Origin: Phoronis australis
Taxonomy: Eukaryota > Animalia > Phoronida
Direction: 5' to 3'
Length of the DNA stretch: 64,000 bases
NCBI GenBank assembly: GCA_002633005.1
Contig: NMRA01000018.1
Location: forward strand, 1,561,531 to 1,625,530
In this document: positions 39,177-52,300 of the stretch, piece by piece
Numbering within the stretch: position 1 is the stretch's first letter
How the letters are laid out: each line of letters begins with the position of its first letter
The notes under the pieces: generated by a model
What the model was told of the DNA's origin: nothing
The model's database searches: none
Seen by the model: the letters and a program-made list of their open reading frames with translations, nothing else
Made by a program: the position numbers and the translations under genes

Positions 39177-41835
39177 TAGCGAGGACAACATACGTCACCA
39201 AATCGTTTTGCGTATCTGTGACCGTGTAAAATTCGCACATTACAATCGTCAAAACATCACTCAGAAATGCAATAAATGTGAATAACAATTATCGTAAAGT
39301 ATGAAATAATATGTTGTTTTACTTATCTTTTATTGTAGCAAAATCCGTTTAATAATACTTTGAGCGAGTTTTTTGCGGCGACGTGACCGATTTTCAGAGC
39401 AAAATTGATGTCGGTAAAATTGACTGCTATTTAGTTTTCAACCCACAAGACTAAACTCTCGAATTTTGACCTGAAACTTCGTGAGTGAATAAAAGGGACG
39501 CATGCAAACACGATTATGTAAGTGTTTTCACTTTCCTGCACTTAAAAGTTGAAAAGTTGCCTGTTCTCGCGACCTTCAACTTCGTTCTGAATTTATTAGT
39601 ATATATTTGCGAACATAATGAATTGTATTCCGCATTAAAGGGTTCATTAATGAACTATTTTAAACACTTGTTGCAAACGAACACTTCGTCGATTCCTGAC
39701 AATCGGGCGTATTTCTGACTCACTTCGTAGTTCCGGGTACTGCCGCTAGGGGTGCTCTTGCGAATCGCGTTGAATGTTTGGTTTACAATACTGAAGCACT
39801 TCAACTTTTCCTGATGATAACTCAATGTAATAGAGAACTAAACAGTTATTTCTCGTAGTGATTACAATGATTCTCATATTCAGTTTCTTTTTCTATTTTG
39901 CCTCACATTTTTGTTGGTCAAGCACCTGAGACTAAGGGTTGGCTTGTTGCCAGAGAGGGACACACCCATAGTTTGCCTTCTTGACCAAGACAGTTTAGCC
40001 AGAACATGTCAAGATAGAAAATGAAAACATTTTAATTTTAGATTAAATAAATATTACAATTGTACAGTTCTACTCCAGTCCTGTGTTTTCAAGTCTTTGT
40101 GGTCAATTAACATGAAACACATACATGCTTTCGATAAACTTTTTTCTAACCACTGGCAGGTATATACATGTAGTTTTTAACAAACAATTGAGGTTTGCCT
40201 AGATTAATCATACATCTCACCCTGGTCTATATCCTCCAGATAAGCTTTGTTAGAAGGTACTGTGGATCAAACCAGTTGCTATTTTTTTCTTCATTTTTGT
40301 TCTTATAATTTCACTCCTATTTATCAGCCAACATGAAATCTCACATTTCTGTCTAATCAGACTCTGCTTCTATTTCTTGGTCCAAATCCTTCTACTATCC
40401 TGCTTCTACTGATTCAACTTGCATTTTATCAGTTAAGTCAGTTGCTTCTAGCCTCTCTCGATCTTCATCTTACTTATTTGGAAAGGCAGGATCGTATTCG
40501 GGTGTCAGGTTAATATCTGAGACCAAAGGCGGTCAAGAATGCCGACAGGTATACCATACTTGTGTCACGGAGGAGGATGATCTCATGGACACACGGTCTG
40601 AGCCTCTTTCTCTTTGGCTCTCCCCTCCACCCATCAGTCGATGCCTTTCAGCTCCTGGTGCCGTTGGGGAGTCCGCAAAGATTGTACCGTATGACACCAC
40701 CACCACTCAAGACACTGTCAGAGAAATACTGACATAACCGACCTGGCTATTTCTTTTTCTTTTCACAATCTTTTAGCTTACTAGTATTATGTCACCTTTG
40801 TTTAAATGTTGTGCATAATTTCCACGTAATGGTAACATTTTTGCATAACATTGTTCAAATAATGCTTATATTCCGTAGCAACAAATCATTTATGAATCAT
40901 AGTATTCTTTCAGCTCCCCGGATATCTCTCTTGGTTTTATATCTGTTGCGACGAAGATGAAGCTATCTACTCCTTTCTGCTGATGGACGACTTTGGTCAA
41001 GGGAACTTCGAAGTGCTGAAATAACTCCATGTTGTATATAGGTATTCCAGTGACTTACGACAGTCAGCGAAAGGGTTTGACCCCCCCACCTTCCTTGAGA
41101 ATGCCTTGAGAACTTAATTTATCTGTCCATCATAGATTACTTTTTGTGTTCATATCACTTAAGACAACTTTTGGATTATAAATATTGCAGTTGTTTATAT
41201 ACAGCATAAACATTCCTGGATGGCTCAAGACAGGGTCTTCATTATATCACATTGATGTGGAAAGTTTATGTAAAAGTTTTTTTTATTATATGTCTGTCCG
41301 AAGCTTGTATTAAAATGTTCTATTTATCATACTTGTCATCAATACATTTTTGAAATGATGTTTGTTTATCTTTAATTTTTATACAACGTAATTAATTATA
41401 ACAAAGTCTGTCGCATACTGCATTTTAACAAAAAATCACAAAATAATATCAATATTTTGCTCAGCCAATTATCAAATATCAACTTTCCTGATAAAAAGTC
41501 TTTGAAATGATAACTTATTTGTTTTTTTCTGGAGTAATATTTATTTTATGCCAATTTGAAATCGCAAAATTGTACGTAATAAATTTTCTTTGTCGTTGTA
41601 TTGACTTTAAGGTCAATATCTTTGCACTGGAACGTCCAATCGAAATGTTTTTTTTTCAAATTATGTAACATAAAAAGTTCTTTAAAATGATGTATCACAT
41701 GTATATCTACGTTACTTAGTAAGTCCAATTTAAAAACGTTTTCTACCGTTTTTTCAGTCTCGCCGAGGAGAGCTTTCCAATGATGTATATTACATGCACA
41801 TTTTCTAAATTTTTTGAAAAATGCTGTTCTCAGTA
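39177..41835. mobile_element. Nested non-autonomous DNA element with TAG-type terminus and 3-bp TSD (Academ-like)
   Basis: TCT|TAGCGAGGACAACAT ... ATGCTGTTCTCAGTA|TCT (11/15 TIR match); removing it restores the host sequence GGTCTCTTAGT seen at 26925. Confidence 0.65.
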
Positions 41836-42347
41836 TCTTAGTATTAAATCGAGGTGGTGTAGTGGTAAGAACGCGCGCTCTATCCGCAAGGTCATGAGTT
41901 CGAGTCTGTGGTAACTGCAGTTTCTCGTGCTTGACACGTTCTCGTTTGTTTTTTGCTATTTTCTTAGATAATACTTCAGGAATCAAGGAAATGCTTGATT
42001 TTTAGGGGAAAAAACAAAAACATTTCCTGGGCGGGATGGGGCAAACCTCCCATTCGGTGCTATGCGCATCTACAATCATGCTTTGCGCAAATGCTTACAG
42101 ACAAAATGTTGGCCCCCCTTGTGATATCCTAGATCCGCCGCTACATGTACATAGCTTGCCTTATGAGCTTGACGACTGGTCGTTTGTTTTGTTAATTTTT
42201 GATGGATGACCTTGTACTTTGTGTTACTAGTTTGATGACGATGTCGGCTGCATTCATTAGACAAGCAAAACAGGTTTTAATCTTGACCCCTATCTCGTAC
42301 AAGGTCTTATGTTGTACATGCGGTGTTCCGCTTGGCCATTTCCAACC

Positions 42348-42450
42348 ATGTCAGGCGCCTCTCTGTTAGTGACGCTCCTAGGGTTTTTCTGTTATTTCGT
42401 CTTCCAGCCTGCGATATCTTCACAGCCAACAAGATATAAGGATGTCTACG
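42348..42450 (+). CDS. Secreted phospholipase A2 copy C, exon 1 (signal peptide)
   Basis: accATG context; MSGASLLVTLLGFFCYFVFQPAISSQPTRYKDVY then G|GTAAG phase-1 donor. Confidence 0.85.
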
Positions 42451-45375
42451 GTAAGTTTTTTCCTTCAGCCACCCTGTGGGTGTTTGTGCAACCAGGCAAG
42501 AATCGTTTGCACGACTAAAAGCATTTTTTACAATCTGATAAAACATACATCATATTTGTATCAACTTGCATGCCTAAGGATACTGAGAATCAAACGTATT
42601 TAAAGCCTAATTCACAAAATTTTCCGCTCACGACTAAAAAATAGTAGAGCACTGTGGCACCAAAGAAAATTGATTACCTTTTCATGCCCAAAACAGCTCT
42701 GGGATCCCGGTCTATAAAATACAAACAGAGCCAAACAGGTACATCAGAAGCACACATCGTTAAATTTTGGTGGAAAGACAGCTTAAATTACTACAACCAG
42801 CATTTCGTAGACATGCAGGAAAAGACAGACCGTGTGAGCTCGACCCCATTTTCGGGAATGGAAATTTCTCACAAAGTTTCTCAGCTTCACTCTTGAATAT
42901 TGCTTGCAAATTTAGGGAATTTTCAGGGTCTTTTTGGAATATTCAGTTTATTTCGTTGCAATCACGCCAGTAGAATTTTAGGTATGACGAAGCAAGCTTC
43001 GGACCCCGGGCATTAACTTCGACCTACAGATTTCTGTACTGAAATGCAATTAATACTCTCACGATAACACGTCTTAATATGTATTTTCAGCACTGGCGAT
43101 TGGTGTTTTTGCGCACCTGATGACACATGTGAACTCTGGTGCATGGGCATGTGTTCCCGTGAAGTTTAGACAATGTATTGACATCTTTGACAATCATAAA
43201 TGTTTCACGGCCACTTGAACAAACTTGTTATCTTTGAAAGAACAAAAATGACAATTTTTAAGACAAAGTGCACATGCACGTGTTCAAATACAGTCGAACT
43301 AAAAATGCAAACATAGTCCTGTCAGAGTTGAAGAAATATGGTCTAAATATTGTATCGGTTTGGAGCACGTTGATTTTTGTAGATGTAAATGCATTTCAGC
43401 AAAACTTAAGACGTTTTGCGAGACGAGTAATGAAAACTGGGACTTTAAACTTTTACTTCCGAATCTAATAACTACATTCAGAACTGAACTCAGCGACTAT
43501 AAACTCAATAGTTTAACTGGTTTTCACAAATGGCCTCAATGTTGTATATTGTTTTTTGTGCTAAATATTGCCATTTTACGAGGATACCCCTGAGGCCAAA
43601 ATATACCTGGTCTCACCTTGCTGTATTGCTGTAATATCTTGATGAAGTGATTTGTCTCTCAGATTAGTATTGTATTCGATATCACGAATTGTTGGAGTGG
43701 GCAAAAATAACATCAAGACCTCAGTGGGAGTTAGGTACATGTAATATCTGCCATGTTTACTGTGCACGTCAAGTAAGCTGTTAATCGCGTTCACTCTCCG
43801 TTTACAGTCTGGCTATAACCAATTGATTACATTTTCAGGTGTTGACGAGGATAGTTATGCTGACACCGCCTCAAAGTTGGATTTACGAGGTAAGATTGAA
43901 GCTTGTGCATAAATTTACTTGTACTGTTTCCGATAATTACGCCCACATAGAATGTAATTTCAACAACAATTCACACCTCTGACCTATTTTCGTGCCCGGT
44001 GCGTGACCGGTACGCCACGTCCATCACTTCTGAAACTTTTATTGACGTACATGAGCCTTCTCAGCTTTGTATAGCCCGCCGTCACGTTAAAAAAATGGCG
44101 ACAGAGTCGTAGAGTCGTTGAGGTCATGCAGGACCCTAGAAAATTTAGGTTATTTCGAAGGATCATGTCTCAGAAATGGTTGATCAGATTCATAACAAAC
44201 TTAAAGATACTATGGTTTGTGCAATGTCCTCTAATTCCTTTTTTCGGAATTATTGTTCCAGTTTTGAATTGGGAGATATCATAAAGTGTTTTATGATTTT
44301 TGTGGAGAAATTTAAACATTGTAATTTTGCATAAAACAAAAATGAAGGGACGATTTCGATAACCGTAACAACGTTTTTGAAGGTAATTTTCTACGTTCAT
44401 CGAGTATTTCATACGTGTGCTATTTTGTGTGTTGTATACTCTCAGACGTCCACTGTTTCAAACTCTAACTACAAGACTTTTGACAACTATCACCAGTGCT
44501 GTATATTGCTATATTGCTTTTTGTGCAAAATTGATGAGAAACTTCAAGTTTCCTTGGTGTCATGACCGTTTGAAAACATACGCCATCAGTGTCATTGCTT
44601 ACTTAAAAATGTCTGTTCCCATCTTGTGCGATAAATCTTTGTTGACATGAGACACGATAAATCTGATGACAAGTGCATTCCTGCTTGACGTAGTTTTCTC
44701 TGCAAGAGAAACAATAAAGTATGCATTGCTGGTTACCAATGTCACTAAATGTATTAATGAGCATAACTGCAATAATGTACAATAATTGGAGTTTAGCCCA
44801 GAAAGCGTAAGTACTAATATACTGAATAAACGTTTATCTCTCTACGAATGTTGGATAGTCAATAATAAGGTTTCTGTGAGTCTGACAACTTTCTAGGATT
44901 ATGATTGGGAACTTCAGCACAATTTCTGAGTACGTTAATAGGTCAACAATGCTCACATGGGCCATGTGACAAGCTGGAGTTGGGAAGGAACGGCAGCACT
45001 GTTGACATGGCTACAGCTAGGAAACGTCAGTCAAGTTGATGCGATGGATGCTAAGTTGGGGGTTATGCTATTTTCTCCTACCCCAGCAGCATGAGTAATC
45101 CTAACTTCAGCTCATAAATTGGCCCGCCGTAGTCTAAATCAAAAGTTGTTTTTACAAAAGGCGGGTTTCCAACATCAAGTTCAACTGCAACTACATATCC
45201 GCCATTGACTGGCAAAATTCACCACATGTCGGAGTGTAACGTCGGTAACTAGTACACATATTGCAGGACATATTCCTATACTTAGTACTACATTCTGCTT
45301 TGTCCCAATTACCAACATTCAACATGTGTGCTTACATGTAGCTCAAACCACTGAGTTCTAATATTTTTCTCCCAG

Positions 45376-45538
45376 ATATTGTCATCGATGGCAGAAAGCG
45401 TTCCTTCTTATACGAATATCCAAAGCTAGTGATGTGCGCTACCGGTAAAAACATTTTGCAAGGCCTTTATTACTTTGACTACGGCTGTTTCTGCGGCAAA
45501 GGCGGTGTTGGCTCTACTCCTGTTGATGGACTTGATAG
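45376..45538 (+). CDS. sPLA2 copy C, exon 2 (propeptide RKR, N-terminal helix, Ca2+-binding loop)
   Basis: ctcccAG|DIVIDGRKR SFLYEYPKLVMCATGKNILQGLYYFDYGCFCGKGGVGSTPVDGLDR|GTaaag; 163 nt, phase 1-2. Confidence 0.93.
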
Positions 45539-46251
45539 GTAAAGATTTTTTCAGGAATTCTAAGCATCCGCCGAATGACTGGTCATAAATACACAAGACA
45601 CCATACTGTAGCCTAACGCCTTCCCGTCCAACACAGGCGAGGGCTTCATTTTCAAACTGAATCTGAAGAACCAATGAAGGCGTTGGTCACCGTCATGTTT
45701 TACGCACCAGGCTCATGGTTCTATTTGCTAAACGTTTGCGATTCATCTTAAGTAAAAAGGCTCCCCTTGGTCGAAACTCTGCGCTCTCCCTGTTCATTAA
45801 CAAGTACCCCAGGTTGCAACTCATTGCAATTAACCCAATTTAAAAGTCACGATTCATAGAAACGTATTTAAACAGGTGTCACTTTGTTTTCATGGAATAC
45901 AATGGTTTATAATATGAAAATATCAAAATCAAACTACACTCCAAATAGGCCACAAAAATAACGTTAGAAGAATCCTACTGCCCACGGCTTACGCCTCTCT
46001 TGACAAGCGCACATACATGCACGTTGTCTATCTTTACTAATCAAGTTCCTGGAAATTGACACTTAAGTCTCAGTTACTCCTTTTACATGACCTCCTCAAG
46101 GCTCCAGGTTGACGTAAACCAGGCTCCGAACTTAGCTTATGCTCGATGTTCAACCATTCACGACAAATGTTCCAAGTGCAAATTTGTCAATTTACTCAAA
46201 GCGTGCCATTCCATTAGTTTTTCATCTTCCCAATCCTTTCGAATATTTTCC

Positions 46252-48891
46252 CAGTGGCGGATCTACGGGGGGGGTTCAGGGGGTTTAAACCCCCCCCCTC
46301 GGGCCAGGACCCAAAAATTAAAAAAAAACAAAACAAAAACGTCTCTAGAAAAACAAAAACGGCACCGCCAGCGTGTGTAAACCCCGAGTAAACCAACTTG
46401 GAAAAAATGAGGGGGGGGAGGTTCACTCTGAAAATATATTTTTTGCATTGTGAATTGCTGTTATGAAAATCAACGCATTTCGAGTCTTCCTGGCTCATCG
46501 GCAAAACCCCGGAGATCAAGTGTGTGCGCGCTTCCGACGACACTTCTGAAGTAGCTAAGCATTTTAGATGGATCCACCGCTGAAAGAGCAGCCCTATAGC
46601 TGATTTCTTTAGGTAACTAGTTTCTTTACTCTAAGATATGTTTTGATTTGATTAGGGGAAATACTGTGGTGCCGCAACCCTGATATTCAGGCGAATTGAC
46701 GGGCAACGTTTTTACCGAAATTGACTGGTGTATTGCAAAGTTGTCTTGCGCAATATTATATAGTGTACATGAAAAAAAATCGTTTTCCGAAGAATTGCTA
46801 TTATGGCGGGCGCCGTGGTCTGGTCGAGAGTCTGTTTGAAGATCATGGCACTCTAACAAGTTATGTCTATACAAGGAATGACCAAGGGGGCACTCACATT
46901 AACAAAGTGACCGCATTCGCGAACAGTGTACAGTACCAGGAATTGCGGGGAGGCTGTATTTTCACAGCAAAGTCTTGCGGGACTCGTGCAATGTTCAATG
47001 GGCCTTCTAAGGAGCCCTAGTGCCGACCTCAACACCTACCGTCTTTCTACCTGCAATAAGCACCACTGAGGTTTTCTATAGTGGGAATTTCCGCAGAAAG
47101 GCCCACCCGACGAAACGCCCATGCCCATGGGCATATATTTGATGTTAGTACTTCGGGTTTCAAGCGTTCACACATTGGGATGTTTATTTCGAAAATTGCA
47201 AGAGATGCAAATGGGTCCTGGGATACATCGTCAAGGTTTGAAGTAGTCCATGATGAACGGAACAAATTTAGTTGCGCATGCTGTAAGTCTTTTGAATGGA
47301 CTTGGTAACCTCAGGGAGCTTAGTGCCAACTGAGCTGCGAAACGAGATGCTGCATTGTAGAGGTGGACAAGCTCATTGACACAACAGTTGACGAAGTGCA
47401 AGCCTTGGGAACAAACGTCGATGATGTCTGGGTAGAATGGTTCTAAGACAAGCAAACCATTGGATCCGATATACATATTCCTCGGCAGTCTAGACGGCAG
47501 GAAGATAGGACCAACGTTGCTGGAGAAACACCCAGGTAATAAGTTATAATTATTCACAGTTTGTAATAATGTCGTTTTTTTATGCTTGTGTACAATGAAA
47601 ACGAAATAGAAATTATTTTTAGACATGCCAAATTTACCCAGTACAGCAGAGGGTCTACGAGAGCACAGAAACTGATTCTGGTTTGTATTTCCACTTGAGT
47701 CTATCTGCTTCATATCCAAAATCTTATTTCACGTAGTGCGTAGTTAAATCTGTACCCAATACTTGTTTCTTCCAGTGAGTACTGCAGAACGGTGCGAAAA
47801 CCCTTCCTTGACAACCTCTCGCAGCAGTTGACCAACAGATATGTAAACTACACGTATGAGCAACCACTGGGGATTAAAATGTGTCTAGAGAGAAGTTTCA
47901 ATTCAAAATTTTTCGCAAAGTACGCTTTAGGTCTCACGACGGACCAGGCCAGCTTGATTTGTGTAGATATCGAGTTTCAGTGTACTTCTGGTCCCTCGGC
48001 GAACTAGTCTTGTGATGTTTTTTACCAAAGTGTGGTTTGTAAAACTATTTATCTCAGCCAGTACTGTTTGGTCCCGCGACAGATCGACTATTTTTATAGA
48101 GATAATTAGCACAGGTGTACTTTTGGTCTCGTGACGGACCAGGCCAGAGTTTTTGTGTACTCTCAGTGTACATCTTGTCCCTCTACGAACTACTCCTGTA
48201 TATCTTTTCACCACGGTGTACGCCTACAAAGTGTTTTGGTTTCGTGAAACTGTTTTCAGATGATTTGTTTCCTGATACATTTGACGTTTTTCAATTGTTG
48301 TCAACGTGATTCAGCTTAATAAAGTGATACTTAATTGTTTGTTGTTGCTTTTAGTAATAGACTATGAGCTGAGAGCACCATCGTTCGGCAGTTTTTCTCG
48401 TAACGAGACAGAACATGTTTATTTCCGGACTAACAGTACAGGTTTTCATTCTTAAACAGCTTGAGGCTGTTGCGATCATCTGATATTCATTTTTTTACGC
48501 CCAGTGGGTGCTCCTTATAGTCTTCAATGTTTGGTAGTTGTCTAAACCCCTGTATACACACTACACTGTTTCGTATGCTAAAAAGGTGTGTAATCAGATG
48601 GTCCACCAAAAATTTTTGCTGGTGGTGTGACTCATACCCAGATGTGCACAAATATGGTTTCACGAAACTTATGATCCAAGTTCATGTGTCGAAATCGAGA
48701 AGGGTTCAAACTCCAGGGACATGCTAAGTGCCAGAAACGTACCAGGATGCATGGAAATTTCACTGTTTGGCTACAAAAACAAAAAGTTGTCTTACACGCC
48801 CCCCCCCCGCTAGGAGCCACGCGCCTCGGATTCGACCTTTGCGGGAATCCTAAACCCCCTCAGTCTTACTGAAAACGTAGATCCGCCACTG
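46252..48891 (+). mobile_element. hAT (Tip100/hAT5-like) transposon, family 2, with decayed intron-containing transposase
   Basis: Perfect 16-bp TIR CAGTGGCGGATCTACG; TSD TTTCC; 47357-47535 encodes ..NVDDVWVEWF*..IPRQSRRQEDRTNVAGETP, GT-AG intron 47536-47775, then SEYCRTVRKPFLDNLSQQLTNR, matching the hAT/THAP12-type transposase motif. Confidence 0.85.
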
Positions 48892-49029
48892 TTTCCATTG
48901 GTCACGATTCGCCTTAGGAGAGTCGTGCCGCGTAATTCAGTGAGCTTGCGCTGTATACAACTTTGGTTTCAAGATATGAAGTTCGCAACTCATGTCCGTC
49001 GAGGCGCTAACGGTAAAATGATTAAAAAG

Positions 49030-49375
49030 CATTGCCGACGTGTTCCTGTGAAAAGGCAAAATTAAAATGTGCATCGAATGCAAACAGAACAACATTGTCA
49101 ACGTATTCATGTAAACAAGGCGAAGTTTGCTTTAAACGTTCATAAACAGCAACATATTCCCAATGCATTATGAAACAAAGTCTGCTTTGAATGAAAATAG
49201 AAAAACACAGCCGACATGTTCGTGCAGAAAAACGCCCCCAACATGCTCCTTTAGAAGTGTGCTTTCAATGCAAGCAGAACGATATTGTCATCGGGCGTTT
49301 ATGTAAAACATGAAGTGTGCTTTAAATGCAAACGTCAAAATATTCCCGACGTGTTCATGAAGAAGACGAAGTGTT
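49030..49375. repeat. Highly degenerate ~55-60-bp tandem repeat
   Basis: Recurrent CCGACGTGTTC..AAGTGTGCTTT.AATGCAAAC motifs. Confidence 0.55.
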
Positions 49376-52300
49376 GGCTAGTTTATGGCTTCGGAAACCA
49401 TCAAATTTTAGCATTTTTGTTGCATCACTGTGCAACAACGACAAGTTAACAGAAACTAAGAATGACATACTGAATAAACACAACTTGTGTTTTCGTGGAA
49501 ATGTAAAAATCATAATTGAAACGTATTCGCAAGTTAGCTATTTTTGTTACTTTTTAAACCCACCTGAGTCAAGCTGTGTAACTGGTGGAAATGCCCTTCA
49601 TTCGATCGTCATTTCTTTTACGACGCATCATCACTCAGAAAAGTGACATACTACATGTGAAAGCTGAGCCCTTGTAGAGTACATATATATTAAAATATTT
49701 GTGGACAGCGAACTTTGTGTCCTGCATGCTTCGATTGAAACCACCCACTTTGCTGATATCGGTCGTCCTGTTCGCCGTTACTGTCACACTCTCAATAACA
49801 AACCAAGTTCTAAAGATTTATGAGTAACAAAAAACGACGTCAACAAGATCATTAAGATTTTTCAAAGTTCGAAATCTGAATTACATTAAATTTGATGCGG
49901 CTGGTGCTCAGAACTCTGCAAGTAAAGCTGAAATTGTCAGTCCTTTAATGTCTGCTTAACGTCTAGTAGGGTTAGGTGGTTCCAAAAAATAGGAACGTAT
50001 ATTAACAGGAGGCAATCCAAAAATCACACTCGATTGAATGGTTATTGCTAACCATACCTTTCAAGTATTTAAGATCCACGGGGAGCACTGATCATGTAAA
50101 GGTGAAAATCTTCCGGGTAGTATTTTTTCTGCTACTCATCAGATGGCGCACCGTTTACCGAGTCGTAAAAATAAACCTTCTGTTGAACAAGCTGTACTCA
50201 AATAAAACGCAGTGCCAACTCAATATTTTAGGAAGGGCATTTTTGGTTAACTATTTAGTGCATGAAAAACGTATAACGGCTATTGCTATTTCTATAGAAG
50301 TGTTTTCACCAACCTCCACTCAACACTTATTGAAGCAACGTTTCAGCCAGCTGTATTTACAATCATCACCAGGACTTCCATTTTAGTGATGATGATTGCA
50401 AAGTAAAGGACTGAAACGTAGATTGGATGAAGCGTTGTAGGTTCAGGTGAGAATGGATTTCAACTGTGACTATAGAACATCACTAACACAATATGAATTT
50501 GAGATGTACATAAAAATACTACATAGAACTAGGAATGTCATTGGTTAATCTGGGCATCAGATGTAAACAACTAGCAAATCCGGAATTTCAAAAGGGGTAA
50601 TTGCAGTGGTGCTATGAATTTGAAATACAGACAGTCTACGAAAATGTCAAATTGTTTTATGTAAGGTATCGGTAAAGTTAAATGTTTTATTATCTAATAC
50701 TCATGGAAACTCTGACTTGCAACACATAGAAAAACACATCAGTGCAGTATTTATTACACAGGAAATTTATACTGTCAGACGATTGACTGTGGGTTTGTTT
50801 AAAAGGTAGCTATGCTTTGAGGTTGTGCGTAGATGGAGAGTGAATAATCAAATCCAGTAATTAATTTATTATATGATAACCCCTAATTAGACAAATGAAA
50901 CCTATTGTTAATTAAGTAATCAATTACAAAGAGTAACTACACTAGCGCCCTCTTTAAAGATTATTTTAATCAAACAATCAGAACAATCAAATGTCTTATC
51001 TGCTATCCAAGCTAGGACTCTCCACTTGTTGGACGTCTGTCCTGTTGGTGAATCTTCGAACTATACACACTGTATAGCGACAGTGTACTTGCTAGTCACC
51101 GTCTCTGGTGATGCAACACTTGCAAGCAATTTCTTCTACCCGCGATTCTTCTTGCTGGTCACAGTCTCTGGCTGATGACGCAACACTTCAGGTAGTATCT
51201 TACTACCCACAATGCAAGTGACAAGCTCTTAGTTATCTTCCTGTTCGTTAACCCTTGCCCTTGCCAAGATCCTTTCTAGAATCTTCCACGAGATGGCTCT
51301 GTCGTGCAATTTCCTCTGTAAACTGTAGCAAGTCTTTATGCTTCAACTATTATAGCTCATCTAATTTTCTTGTTGATTTCAGCCCATAATATAACATTCT
51401 ACTTATTTAGTGATTGGCTGATAAAAACCACATGATCATATCCAATCATATTATTGGTTGTTACAATTTGTTCTCAGAATTTTTGTAGAATCTCTAGAGT
51501 ACTTTGACCCCAGAACCCAAAGTTGTAAACACCACCTAAAAATAGGTTTTGACGTTAAAATACATGTCAACAAGTCTGACCCCATGATTTAAAAGCTCAT
51601 ATGCACAAATTTTAGGAAACTTAAAATGGATCTATTCTTACTAATTACTTAATCAATATTTATTCTGACATATACAACGCCACCTTTTGGTCGTGGTTGA
51701 CATCAAGCTAAGAAGAGGGGACTTTAGTTTCCCACCTGTAAATTGATTACAGTGCACACCGGTATGTGTATTATGCAAGTGTGGGTGTTAAATCTGGTTG
51801 TCAACGTTAAGTTTTGGATATCGAGCTCTTTGATCAAAAGATTAAGTAAAAATGAAACCATAGTCTACATCACACTGCACATTTTTGTCAACATCATACA
51901 AAAACAGGAAAAAATGCAAAACGCCCAAGATTGCATCTCTGGCAGTATGCTTTCAGGGATGTTCATAACATGTAATGTATAAAATAAAAAACCTCTAGGT
52001 GGTACAGCATACATTATATTCATCTGAAGCAAGACAACCGCTGTTATATTCTTGCCAAATATCATACATCAAGATACTTGGTTGATACAGATCCATTAGA
52101 GGACGCCACAGCACTCAGACATGTCCTAAAATTTATGCGGTGTATACTCTCCTCAATAATGCAACACATACATCAAATTTCACCCAGATTCAATAGAACT
52201 TAGTAAATATTGCGTCGCAGATAAACAAACAAATTGCCACTCAGGGCGCCACGGTGATTGCACCCATCAGAAAACCTGTCAGTCGTGATCATCTTAATAG

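Larger units (their letters stand above)
37110..42143 (-). mobile_element. hAT5-like family 1, copy 3, interrupted by two nested elements
   Basis: Starts CATAGGCGGATTTAGGG, ends CCTAGATCCGCCGCTA; segments 37110-37205, 38671-39176 and 41836-42143 are colinear with 26308-27250. Confidence 0.85.

Noticed and set aside
41852-41925. Amber-suppressor tRNA (CTA anticodon-like loop)
   Set aside because: No acceptor stem, weak anticodon stem, and embedded in transposon copies that vary at these positions
47231-47719. 162-aa minus-strand ORF as a gene
   Set aside because: It is antisense to the recognisable hAT transposase remnant on the plus strand
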